Source of the DNA: Amphiscolops sp. MND2022
Lineage: Eukaryota
NCBI GenBank assembly: GCA_964187785.1
Contig: OZ076409.1
Location: 47,866,001 to 47,930,000 of the forward strand
Length of the DNA: 64,000 bases
Reading direction: 5' to 3'
The stretch's first letter is position 1, and the number at the start of each line of letters is the position of its first letter. Made by a program: the position numbers and the translations under genes. Positions 25,894 through 36,663 of the stretch are shown here, one piece after another. The notes beneath the pieces were generated by a model. The model did no database searches and had not been told where the DNA came from. It saw only the letters and a program-made list of their open reading frames with translations.

Positions 25894-28035
25894 ATGTCAC
25901 AAGCTGATACGTCCTTCGATTGTATTTCCAACCTCACAGAAATTGCCGGATTGGCGTATTCTCCGAGTACAAACGCTCTTGTGAACAGAACTTGTATGGA
26001 TATCATGGAGTCTGTCAACGCATGTTCAAGCCGAATTTTGGATGATTCTGATATGCCTACGCAAGCTCAGTCGCCCAATGAGATAGTTTCTGAACCAAGG
26101 GAACCAAGTGATTCAAATGAGCCACAAACAACGACGCGCCGAGGCAGACAATTGCAGCGAAACCAATTGCAAGGCAAACGGCCCAAACAACCACAGGTAA
26201 AACAGTGTGTACTTTGCCTTACAAAAGTGGCGAACCTGAGACAGCATTTCTCCAAGAGCCATAATCTCACAACCCAACAACGAAAATTCTTGCTATCTTT
26301 TTATGCTACAAGGATTTGTGTGTCTACAGTGTACCAATGCAACGGCTGCTTCATAAGGTTCACTGGAAAGAAGAAACACAAAAAAAATTGCAGAAAGCAT
26401 GAAATTATCAAAGTAAACCCCAAATCTATGGACGAATTCCCCTCACACTTCCGCTTTGACATTCCTGGTATACGGGGAAAAACTTTCAACCACCATAAAC
26501 TGCTCGACGAGTATGATGAGAACCGGAACGAGGCCGGTGATGAAAACATGACCCGCTTCCAGAAGACTTTTTTGGCTCAAATTCTTAGTGGAACGTCCTT
26601 TTTGAGGAAACCCGAGGCTGTCAAGTCAACATTTTATCGAATCAAGTCAGAAAAAAACTACACGTTCCAAACAATGCGGAAATTAATGTTTGAATTCAAT
26701 CGTTTTCTCGAGTTTTGCAACTCCTACAAACAAAAAGAATTGAGATTCAACATGGCTTTGTTCAAAGGAGAGGTCAGAAACCTGCTGAAAAAGACTGCAA
26801 AGGAGGCTTCGAAAGAGGTTAATCGGCGTATGCAAGCCAGGTTCGATTCGGTGCCAAATTTGTACCAAGTTAGCCATCTTCGTCAAATGGTTAAAGAAAT
26901 GCTGGGTCAGAACGTCTACAGCTCGTTCACTTACCTCGAGTATTTATGCCTTTTGGTGTTTGTAATCCATTCAGAATCGAACTGCAAAATCGGTGCATTG
27001 CTGAACTTGACCTTTGAGGACTATAAAGTCATGCAAGAGAAGAAGGTTATGACTTCATTCGAGCACAAAACTGGGGCGAAGTTTCCCAATTTCATACGGA
27101 TAACAAAAGAGAATAGAAAATGGGTAGATGACCTTCATCAATACTTCCAGGAAGAAAACAATGGTCTGACGCCTAAGCTCGCTTTTCCATCCAACACCAA
27201 CAAGAAGTTCACCTGCCAAGCCAAATATTTCAAGGAGGCCATATACAAATACTTTCGAATTGACGACAAGCTGTATAACCCCGACAATGTTAGAAAAGCA
27301 TGGGATACCTTCTTCGAGAAGTCTCAGTTTGTCACAGGTCAAAATGCCCTGCTATACCAGATGAACACTGGCCATTGTGAGGCTACACGTCGAAAATACT
27401 ACCTGAAACCGGCGACCGATAATGAAATTGAAAGCTTCTTAGATGAGCAATTGAAGATAATTGATGACCCCGAAAGCTGCTACGTGGCCGAAGACGATCC
27501 CCCGCCCCCACCACCAGTTGAGCAAGAGGACAATCCTGAACAGCACGAAAGTGAAGAAGAAACTATGGACACAGGAAACGTTGGTGATACACAGGAAGAA
27601 AACGTCGACGGAGGCGCTCTGACACCTGACAATGAAGACGCCAACAACAACTCATTGGTGATTGACGAGGATGACATGTGTGAAGATGATGCTCCAACAC
27701 CAATCCCTAGCGACCAAGACGATGAAGATTATAAGCCCGATCCAGGGGTAAAGGTCAAATGGGAAACAGAAAGAACATTGAAAACTAGAGAAAACGATGC
27801 GACAAAATGGGAAGCTATAGGTGAAAAACTGATGAAATTCAAAGGACCTGCAGATCCCGTGCAACCATTTCTCGAGGAACTGTTTACCAAAGTTGTTGCT
27901 GCTCAGTTCTACACAGGTCGGGGCCAACTCAGAGACCTGTGCAAGCTGATGAAGCTCAGTAATGCTGATCGTGAGAAGGTACTTGATAAGGCTACTAAAA
28001 AGCTTTCAAATGTAATGAAAAACACGAAAAACTGA
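25894..28035 (+). CDS. Zn-finger plus tyrosine-recombinase-fold protein, 713 aa from the first ATG; first catalytic Arg position is Lys in this copy
   Basis: CVLC..HFSKSH and CNGC..HKKNC Zn-finger-like motifs; SNC(K)IGALLNL box I, EHKTG, PDNVRK and TGHCEATRRKYY box II appear in canonical R-K-(H)xxR-H-Y order; acidic C-terminal linker. Confidence 0.85.
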   Translation: MSQADTSFDCISNLTEIAGLAYSPSTNALVNRTCMDIMESVNACSSRILDDSDMPTQAQSPNEIVSEPREPSDSNEPQTTTRRGRQLQRNQLQGKRPKQPQVKQCVLCLTKVANLRQHFSKSHNLTTQQRKFLLSFYATRICVSTVYQCNGCFIRFTGKKKHKKNCRKHEIIKVNPKSMDEFPSHFRFDIPGIRGKTFNHHKLLDEYDENRNEAGDENMTRFQKTFLAQILSGTSFLRKPEAVKSTFYRIKSEKNYTFQTMRKLMFEFNRFLEFCNSYKQKELRFNMALFKGEVRNLLKKTAKEASKEVNRRMQARFDSVPNLYQVSHLRQMVKEMLGQNVYSSFTYLEYLCLLVFVIHSESNCKIGALLNLTFEDYKVMQEKKVMTSFEHKTGAKFPNFIRITKENRKWVDDLHQYFQEENNGLTPKLAFPSNTNKKFTCQAKYFKEAIYKYFRIDDKLYNPDNVRKAWDTFFEKSQFVTGQNALLYQMNTGHCEATRRKYYLKPATDNEIESFLDEQLKIIDDPESCYVAEDDPPPPPPVEQEDNPEQHESEEETMDTGNVGDTQEENVDGGALTPDNEDANNNSLVIDEDDMCEDDAPTPIPSDQDDEDYKPDPGVKVKWETERTLKTRENDATKWEAIGEKLMKFKGPADPVQPFLEELFTKVVAAQFYTGRGQLRDLCKLMKLSNADREKVLDKATKKLSNVMKNTKN

Positions 28036-28666
28036 ATTGATTTGAGTTTGTGACATTGTATTTATCCCTGTTACTTTGTTTCTTTTGGCAACTTAGCCAG
28101 TACTTGTTGTTTGAATGCTTTGAGTTCATGATATGTTACCTTGATATGTAACTTGAGTTTTAACCAGAACGTCTCTATTTACCAAAGTGGGTTGAAGGTT
28201 ATCTGATAGTCTTCCTTGAAAGTATGAAACGTCTCTATATGCACATCAATGGACCTTTAAAGTAGTCGTTGAAAACATTTTATCAGTTGGAAATACGGTG
28301 AGACTGGAAGAAAATAATCATAAGAAGGTTAAAAAAACTTGAAAGAGGTCAAAAGTTGAATTCTAATTGAACGCCTCTGAACCCGTAATTGTCACTCATG
28401 TTAGTATCAAAAAGTATCTATATTCTCATTTTGACATAGACAAAATAAAATTTCTAGATTTTCTAATTCCTGCAATGATAGGACTCCAGCCCACCGGCAT
28501 GAAATTCTTGACATTTCCCCCAAACTAAGGCGTGCTCAACATTCCACTTTCTATCTTTTGGGAGACTCCAGAAGGGCAAAAAAATCAAAGCGTTTCTGTA
28601 TAATCACAAAAAGGGGTCAGGGGTGCCTAATATTGTCTGGAATTTTGACAGAGCGTCTCCGATAAA

Positions 28667-28741
<75 letters not shown>

Positions 28742-28747
28742 TATCAT
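28667..28747 (+). repeat. (CAT)25-TAT-CAT microsatellite at the junction of the two YR units
   Basis: Read directly. Confidence 0.98.
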
Positions 28748-31700
28748 GATGATCAGATACGCTCCAGCACCCAGGAAACTCCAAAGGGGGGGTCAGACAG
28801 TCTCTCTGGCAATTTTAGTCGGGGGTTGGAAAGTATTTTAGAAATTTTTTCTTTTTTTGAAATGGTACAATTTTTTCGATATTCGTTATTGAATCGCGAA
28901 GCAATATAAAACTTTTCGGCATAGTTTTCAGTTCGATTCATTCACGGTTTTAAAAAATCTTTTTTAGAATATAGACTCGCTTCAACTGTTTTGAGTGAAT
29001 ATAGAGACGTTTCAACAGTAGGGAAGATAATAATATGCTTGCTGACGTAATATCACGTGACTTAAATTCTCTTATTTTATTAGCGTAAGAACCAATCAGA
29101 ATCGCTCAAGCTTACTTTTCTCATCGCTGCAGGTAATTTGTACGCACTCTCGCATAATAAGCGGTCATATAATCGTTGTCAAAGTGAATGTGATTTGAAA
29201 GTAAACACGGCAGAGACGCGCTGTCAACTATTTGCACCTTTTATCTAATTTCATGTGAAATTTCAAAATCTTGTATTTTCAGACACCATGTCACAAGCTG
29301 ATACGTCCTTCGATTGTATTTCCAACCTCACAGAAATTGCCGGATTGGCGTATTCTCCGAGTACAAACGCTCTTGTGAACAGAACTTGTATGGATATCAT
29401 GGAGTCAGTCAACGCATGTTCAAGCCGAATTTTGGATGATTCTGATATGCCTACGCAAGCTCAGTCGCCCAATGAGATAGTTTCTGAACCAAGGGAACCA
29501 AGTAATTCAAATGAGCCACAAACAACGACGCGCCGAGGCAGACAATTGCAGCGAAACCAATTGCAAGGCAAACGGCCCAAACAACCACTGGTAAAACAGT
29601 GTGTACTTTGCCTTACAAAAGTGGCGAATCTGAGACAGCATTTCTCCAAGAGCCATAATCTCACAACCCAACAACGAAAATTCTTGCCATCTTTTTATGC
29701 TACAAGGACTTGTGTGTCTACAGTGTACCAATGCAACGGCTGCTTCATAAGGTTCACTGGAAAGAAGAAACACAAAAAAATTGCAGAAAGCATGAAATTA
29801 TCAAAGTAAACCCCAAATCTATGGACGAATTCCCCTCACACTTCCGCTTTGACATTCCTGGTATACGGGGAAAAACTTTCAACCACCATAAACTGCTCGA
29901 CGAGTATGATGAGAACCGGAACGAGGCCGGTGATGAAAACATGACCCGCTTCCAGAAGACTTTTTTGGCTCAAATTCTTAGTGGAACGTCCTTTTTGAGG
30001 AAACCCGAGGCTGTCAAGTCAACATTTTATCGAATCAAGTCAGAAAAAAACTACACGTTCCAAACAATGCGGAAATTAATGTTTGAATTCAATCGTTTTC
30101 TCGAGTTTTGCAACTCCTACAAACAAAAAGAATTGAGATTCAACATGGCTTTGTTCAAAGGAGAGGTCAGAAACCTGCTGAAAAAGACTGCAAAGGAGGC
30201 TTCGAAAGAGGTTAATCGGCGTATGCAAGCCAGGTTCGATTCGGTGCCAAATTTGTACCAAGTTAGCCATCTTCGTCAAATGGTTAAAGAAATGCTGGGT
30301 CAGAACGTCTACAGCTCGTTCACTTACCTCGAGTATTTATGCCTTTTGGTGTTTGTAATCCATTCAGAATCGAACTGCAGAATCGGTGCATTGCTGAACT
30401 TGAACTTTGAGGACTATAAAGTCATGCAAGAGAAGAAGGTTATGACTTCATTCGAGCACAAAACTGGGGCGAAGTTTCCCAATTTTATACGGATAACAAA
30501 AGAGAATAGAAAATGGGTAGATGACCTTCATCAATACTTCCAGGAAGAAAACAATGGTCTGACGCCTAAGCTCGCTTTTCCGTCCAACACCAACAAGAAG
30601 TTCACCTGCCAAGCCAAATATTTCGAGGAGGCCATATACAAATACTTTCGAATTGACGACAAGCTGTATAACCCCGACAATGTTCGAAAAGCATGGGATA
30701 CCTTCTTCGAGAAGTCTCAGTTTGTCACAGGTCAAAATGCCCTGCTATACCAGATGAACACTGGCCATTGTGAGGCTACACGTCGAAAATACTACCTGAA
30801 ACCGGCGACCGATAATGAAATTGAAAGCTTCTTAGATGAGCAATTGAAGATAATTGATGACCCCGGAAGCTGCTACGTGGCCGAAGACGATCCCCCGCCC
30901 CCACCACCAGTTGAGCAAGAGGACAATCCTGAACAGCACGAAAGTGAAGAAGAAACTATGGACACGGGAAACGTTGGTGATACACAGGAAGAAAACGTCG
31001 ACGGAGGCGCTCTGACACCTGACAAAGAAGACGCCAACAACAACTCATTGGTGATTGACGAGGATGACATGTGTGAAGATGATGCTCCAACACCAATCCC
31101 TAGCGACCAAGACGATGAAGATTATAAGCCCGATCCAGGGGTAAAGGTCAAATGGGAAACAGAAAGAACATTGAAAACTAGAGAAAACGATGCGACAAAA
31201 TGGGAAGCTATAGGTGAAAAACTGATGAAATTCAAAGGACCTGCAGATCCCCTGCAACCATTTCTCGAGGAACTGTTTACCAAAGTTGTTGCTGCTCAGT
31301 TCTACACAGGTCGGGGCCAACTCAGAGACCTGTGCAAGCTGATGAAGCTCAGTAATGCTGATCGTGAGAAGGTACTTGATAAGGCTACTAAAAAGCTTTC
31401 AAATGTAATGAAAAACACGAAAAACTGATTTGATTTGAGTTTGTGACATTGTATTTATCCCTGTTACTTTGTTTCTTTTGGCAACTTAGCCAGTACTTGT
31501 TGTTTGAATGCTTTGAGTTCATGATATGTTACCTTGATATGTAACTTGAGTTTTAACCAGAACGTCTCTATTTACCAAAGTGGGTTGAAGGTTATCTGAT
31601 AGTATTCCTTGAAAGTATGAAACGTCTCTATATGCACATCAATGGACCTTTAAAGTAGTCGTTGAAAACATTTTATCAGTTGGAAATACGGTGAGACTGG

Positions 31701-32058
31701 AAGAAAATAATCATAAGAAGGTTAAAAAAACTTGAAAGGTATCAAAAGTTGAATTCTAATTAAACGCCTCTGAACCCGTAATTGTCACTCATGTTAGTAT
31801 CAAAAAGCATCTATATTCTCATTTTGACATGAACAAAATAAAATTTCTAGATTTTCTAATTCCTGCAATAATAGGACTCCAGCCCACCGGCATAAAATTC
31901 TTGACGTTTCCCCCAAACTAAGGCGTGCTCAACATTCCACTTTCTATCTTTTGGGAGACTCCAGAAGGGCAAAAAAATCAAAGCGTTTCTGTATAATCAC
32001 AAAAAGGGGTCAGAGTGCCTAATATTGTCTGAAATTTTGACAGAGCGTCTCCGATAAA
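28748..32058 (+). mobile_element. Tyrosine-recombinase DNA element (Crypton-like), unit 2
   Basis: Direct repeat of unit 1 at offset 3394; followed by (CAT)5(CAA)3(CAT)2 at 32059-32088. Confidence 0.8.
29288..31428 (+). pseudogene. Second YR gene copy, frameshifted in an A-run (A7 at 29774-29780 vs A8 in copy 1); catalytic Arg intact
   Basis: ORFs 29255-29809 and 29710-31428 together reproduce copy 1; SNCRIGALLNL with AGA at 30379-30381. Confidence 0.8.
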
Positions 32059-32089
32059 CATCATCATCATCATCAACAACAACATCATA

Positions 32090-33910
32090 TCAAATTTGAT
32101 TTTGAAAGCACCGAGATGACTTTGCTCCGACAAAAGCTGCAAAATCAGGTTCACTCAAACGCTAAGCATGTCCATTGTGGAATCACATAGGATTGCACAA
32201 AATATTTCCTGTTGAAATGGTTTAGAGGTTCTTATATTCAGATGGCTGCGCTTCAGAATGCTCTTCGCTTGAGAGGCCTAATTTGTTGCTTTTTGAACTG
32301 CTCAAGTTACAGAGTACTATTTATGTGGATCCCCAGCACCTTGATCGCTGGAGGGAATTCGACGTGCAAGTAATTTAGCCTGCGGACAGGGGTGTGCTCT
32401 GCAGATTTGTTCTATGTTTTGCGGAAATTTTTTGCTTTGGTTTTGTCGATTGATGCCGTGAATCTTTCAGTGAATACATCTTCCACATTATCCCGTCAAA
32501 CCACACGCTGTCGAAAGCTATCTCCAATTCCACCGAAAGTACAACCGGAATTTGGCTTGAGGCCCAAGCAAGTTGGATAATGTTAAAAAGGTCAGTATTG
32601 TATCTAGCTGTTGGTTTGCGTTTCCGGAAAACTTCTTGGAACGGGTCGTCCATGCCGTTACAATTCATATAATGCGATATTTCATTCTTCCAAATCCGTT
32701 CAAGGAGTTTAGCAACGTAAGATGATTTGGTAATGGGGTGATAGCTGCTTGTTTCAAAATACAACTCTTTCCATGATTTAAAAAACAACTTCATTGTTTC
32801 TGAGCGGCCAACTGCTTTTTACGAGTTTCATTGAACAAGGGAATGAGGAATTCTTCAAGGTTCGGGCTCATTTGTTCAAGCACAGCTGTATGGATTCCGT
32901 AAGGATCTCCAGATTTATCACTGGGATTCACTTCCTTTGAGAAGTTTTCTTTAGAAATCGTATTCAGTTATTTCGTCATAATTTTGCACTCTATCCTCTG
33001 CACGGTAAGTGAGGTCAACGTGCTGCGTTACATGCTCATAAAAAGTTTCATTGAAAGTCTCAGTTTTCTGATGGGTTCCTGAGAAGTTCTTGAAAAAATT
33101 ATCGGAACGCTTTTTGTCATCCGTAACTAGTAGGCCATTGCCGATAAGGACTTCTATCTGGGAACTTGAGTGTTGAGTGAAAATTTTCTTGTAACTTGTG
33201 GAGACCGTTTGGTTAGTTTCTATTTCCAACCAATTGTGGTTGACGTTTTGCAGCTCAAAGTTGAAGATTTCTTGATTTGGCTGAGCTTGTTGTTGTTTAC
33301 GGGGTCCGTAAGTTTATTGGTAAGTTTTTGGATCCTTCTCAGCTCGTACGAAATCTGTGTCAGCGTCGGGTTCCAGTATGCTTTCGGCATACACCAAATT
33401 TCGTGAAAATTCAACACGTGAAGCCTGCGATCGAGAAGAAAGACGCTAAATTCGCCTTTTCAGCTTCTTTTACCGACTTACGCAATGTGGAGTGTCTGAA
33501 ATTTAGTTAGATATATAATCTGTGCTTCGCGCAAAAATGATTAGGTTTTTCTAAAGTCGCCAAAATGTAAAAATCCTACAATGCCGCACGATCATCCAGG
33601 TCAGCAGTCAAGTTTTAGAGCTGCTAACGGTGAACATCAATGGGCTAACTGAACCAAGTCGTGTTTAATTAGATTCTTACATCTCAAAAAAAAACAGGAA
33701 TTCCGCCTTGTCTCGTCGGGTGGGCACTTCTGTTATTGTGATATGTAGGTAATAATTCGTCTTTCGTTGTTTCAGTAACTGCTGTGAAGCTAACTTTGTT
33801 TTTTTTGAGATGTAAGAATCTAATAAAACACGACTTGGTTCAGTTAGCCCATTGATGTTCACCGTTAGCAGCTTAAAACTTGACTGCTGACCTGGATCAT
33901 CGTGCGGCAT
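32090..33910 (-). pseudogene. Decayed LINE ORF2 (endonuclease start plus RT), related to the copy at 46108-48260
   Basis: SFKLLTVNINGL (APE endonuclease N-terminus), SSYHPITKSS, ELEIAFDSVW; co-linear with ORF 47020-48171. Confidence 0.85.
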
Positions 33911-34046
33911 TGTAGGATTTTTACATTTTGGCGACTTTAGAAAAATCTCATCATTTTTGCGCGAAGCAAAGATTATATATCCAACTAAATTTCAGACACT
34001 CCACATTGCGTAAGTCGGTAAAAACAGCTGAAAAGGCGAATTTAGC
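33445..34046. repeat. Inverted duplication (~250-bp arms, ~100-bp spacer) spanning the LINE/LTR junction
   Basis: 33445-33696 is the reverse complement of ~33798-34046 and includes the GGCAT|TGTAGG junction. Confidence 0.9.
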
Positions 34047-35661
34047 CTATTTCGGTAATGATTTTGGCAAATGGATTATAGAAAGAGTGAATTTGATTGT
34101 TTGAGTAAGATAGATTTGACGTCAACAACGAAATTGTTCGAATTAGCTGAGTTAGAATCGACCGCTTCGAGCGAAGTTTGCTAAGTTTTATTTTGGACGG
34201 AAACAGAGATCTGAAGGAAAAAACACCACCCCCCTTTTTTTGGGAAGGACTTACCCGATCGAGCTGAAATTTGGCATGCATAAACTAGAGGTGTTACCTC
34301 AACTTTCGACTCGGAGTACCCGACCTCGTACCTCCCCCCAGTCCTGGGCTATTAGCACCGGAAGTGACCCAGGTCGACCCCCCTACGAACTCATCGGCGA
34401 AGCACGGGATAAGTCGTATTATATATGGAATTGATAGCCCACGTGATCTTAAGCCATTCGCGTTAATTTTTGGAACCCTACGACGCGTGTAGGAGGAGTT
34501 CGGACCCTAAGTAAATGAACCCCAAATGTTATGTAAATAGCCACCGGATGGCCCGAAGATCATGAAACATACCCAATATGTTCACCTAGTAACCCTAACT
34601 AATATACATAAAAGATACATGTCTCGGTCCACCACGGGCGGAGTAATGTTTGTTTAAGGCATGCGGGACCTGACGCGCGGGCCCGACCGATAAGGGACAT
34701 TGACATTGGCTTGTAATATCTCAAACGAACCGGAATGGTGAATGTAGTTGATTTACAACGTGAATGAAACCGTATTTATAACCCATGCGGGGGTAAACGC
34801 CTTAAGTAAACAAATGATACGCATATCATGTAACTCGTGAACTGTTGACCGTAGAAGGATATAACTTGGCATGTAGCAACTTTGGATAAGGACAACTAAC
34901 TTCAAGGTCACCGATGGACCTCAAGGTCATTCTGGATGCAACCTATGAACGTATAGAGAAACGTACGATAAAACATGTAAATCAGCGCCGTTTGTGTGAT
35001 AGTTTATGCAATTCAGTCAGGCAAAAGAATTCGCGATACACCGCTCAGAACAATAGAAAATTACCCCTTACCCGTAGAGAACAAGTAAACCATGTAACCG
35101 AAGGTCATTGAACGATTGCGCGACGAACAAATGTAATTGAGGCGGATTGGAATATAATCGAATAGACAGAACCGAGTTAGAAGGCTGGAAGCAAGTTGAG
35201 TCTCGCGGAGACAAGATACTTCTTCGGATTAACACTCGCGCTTCTCGACAACAGAGTTAGAGAGCTACCGGCAAGTTGAGCCTTAAGACGAAGGCAAGAG
35301 ACTTGGCTAAGCGAAAGAACTCGTTCGTCAGTAGTATTTCTAACGACAGAAATTGTACAAGTCTGTGGCTTGTGGTTGCATAGTTGGCTGAATTGTGGAT
35401 ACCAATCTTAGCCAGTTTAGTTAGACCTGATTGATGGTAATAAGGAAGTTAACTGATTTTCGCTGTTGATTGTAATTATCTTATTCAACCCCTTCTTTTC
35501 TTGATCAATCGGGCAAAACCGAAGAAGAGTGTTTTGGAGAGAAAACTAGCTGAGCTAGTCGTTTTGACGCAAAGCACTTACCCACCAAATAAAACCTTTT
35601 CCTGATAGAGTTAGATCCTCGGGAATTTCTCTCCAGCCCTTCCTATCTAAAAATTTCTACA
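33911..35661 (+). repeat. 5' LTR (1751 bp)
   Basis: TG...CA termini; homologous to 39798-41565. Confidence 0.92.
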
Positions 35662-35662
35662 G

Positions 35663-35680
35663 TGGCGCTCCTGGGTGGGC
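35663..35680 (+). promoter_or_regulatory. Primer binding site complementary to a tRNA-Asn-type 3' end
   Basis: TGGCGCTCCTGGGTGGGC, 1 nt after the LTR; its reverse complement GCCCACCCAGGAGCG-CCA resembles animal tRNA-Asn(GTT) 3' ends as I recall them. Confidence 0.75.
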
Positions 35681-35795
35681 TTTGCTTTGCTTTGCTTTTT
35701 TTGTTACTGGTTACGTTTTACAACATTTGTTTCGAGTTCTGGATTCCAACTTGAATGTATATTCGTAGAGTTGGATATTATACGAGGATTTAATT

Positions 35796-36663
35796 ATGGA
35801 GCAAGACGCAAAACGTGAGCTGCTTGAGTTTGCGATGCAGGCCGTTGGAGGAGCAGTGAATGGCAATCAGAATCGAATCTTCAATTGCGGAACCATTCGA
35901 CCGGATAGGTTTCCTTCGAGTTCGTTTGCCGATTGGGTTCAATGGAAGACCCACTTTATCGCAGTGGCAGAAGCGAAAAGGTGGACAGACCCAGAGGCTA
36001 TCGGTGCACTGCCAGTGTGTTTGAGTGGACTAGCCTTGGAAGAGTTTCAAGCAGCACCCCGGGAACTGAAGACGCAGGTAGTGAATCGACGGGCGCCTAC
36101 TTTACGAGCACGCACTCTTTGAGCACTTGGACCAAGTGATGGGAGTCACAAGGAACAATAGAGCAGGGCGCAACGAATTCCAAAGTTTGTTTCAGAAGGA
36201 GAGCGAACCCTTGAAGGAGTTTGCACGTCGCGTTCGCAAATGGGGTCTGCTGGTCTTTGGTCATCAGGAAGCAGATCAGCGAGACGAATTGTTCCGTGAA
36301 CGTTTTTTAGAAGGACTATCAGATTCAGACCTGCTAGAAGTTTTGCTACGAGAACGAACGCGTGGATTTGTTGGTACTGTGGATCGAGCGGTGGAGTTGG
36401 AAACTATTGCCAACTCAGCAAGAACTAGGCCGAGGAGACGAGTTGCTTCGGTCAGGCTTGCACAGGAGCCAGCTGTTGCGGCTGAAGATCAAACTGCAGT
36501 GACGGAGATGAAGCAGCAGTTGAATGAAATGACTAGGGTATTGGGCAGTCTGACGAATATGGTTGGCCAATTTGTTTCTACAGTGGTCAGTGCCCGTCGA
36601 TGCGATGTGTGCGGCGAAGATGGTCACCTGCAGAAGTTTGTCGCCTCATCAGGAATCCTTTAA
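35796..36663 (+). pseudogene. Retrotransposon gag, frameshifted near 36120
   Basis: DWVQWKTHFIAVAEAKRWTD...LSGLALEEF; FQSLFQKESEPLKEFARRV; FLEGL; terminal CDVCGEDGH knuckle. Confidence 0.8.

Larger units (their letters stand above)
25354..28666 (+). mobile_element. Tyrosine-recombinase DNA element (Crypton-like), unit 1
   Basis: One YR ORF; no RT; no conventional long TIR or TSD; bounded by (CAT)n; nearly identical to 28748-32058. Confidence 0.8.

Noticed and set aside
25175..28841. Poly-His, poly-Asp and poly-Ile ORFs (25264-25488, 25175-25390, 28623-28841)
   Set aside because: They are translations of the (CAT)n microsatellites.
25354..32058. DIRS-like retrotransposon or bacterial integrative element
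   Set aside because: No RT/RNase H or gag inside the unit; the neighbouring RT belongs to a separate minus-strand LINE; context and signals are eukaryotic.
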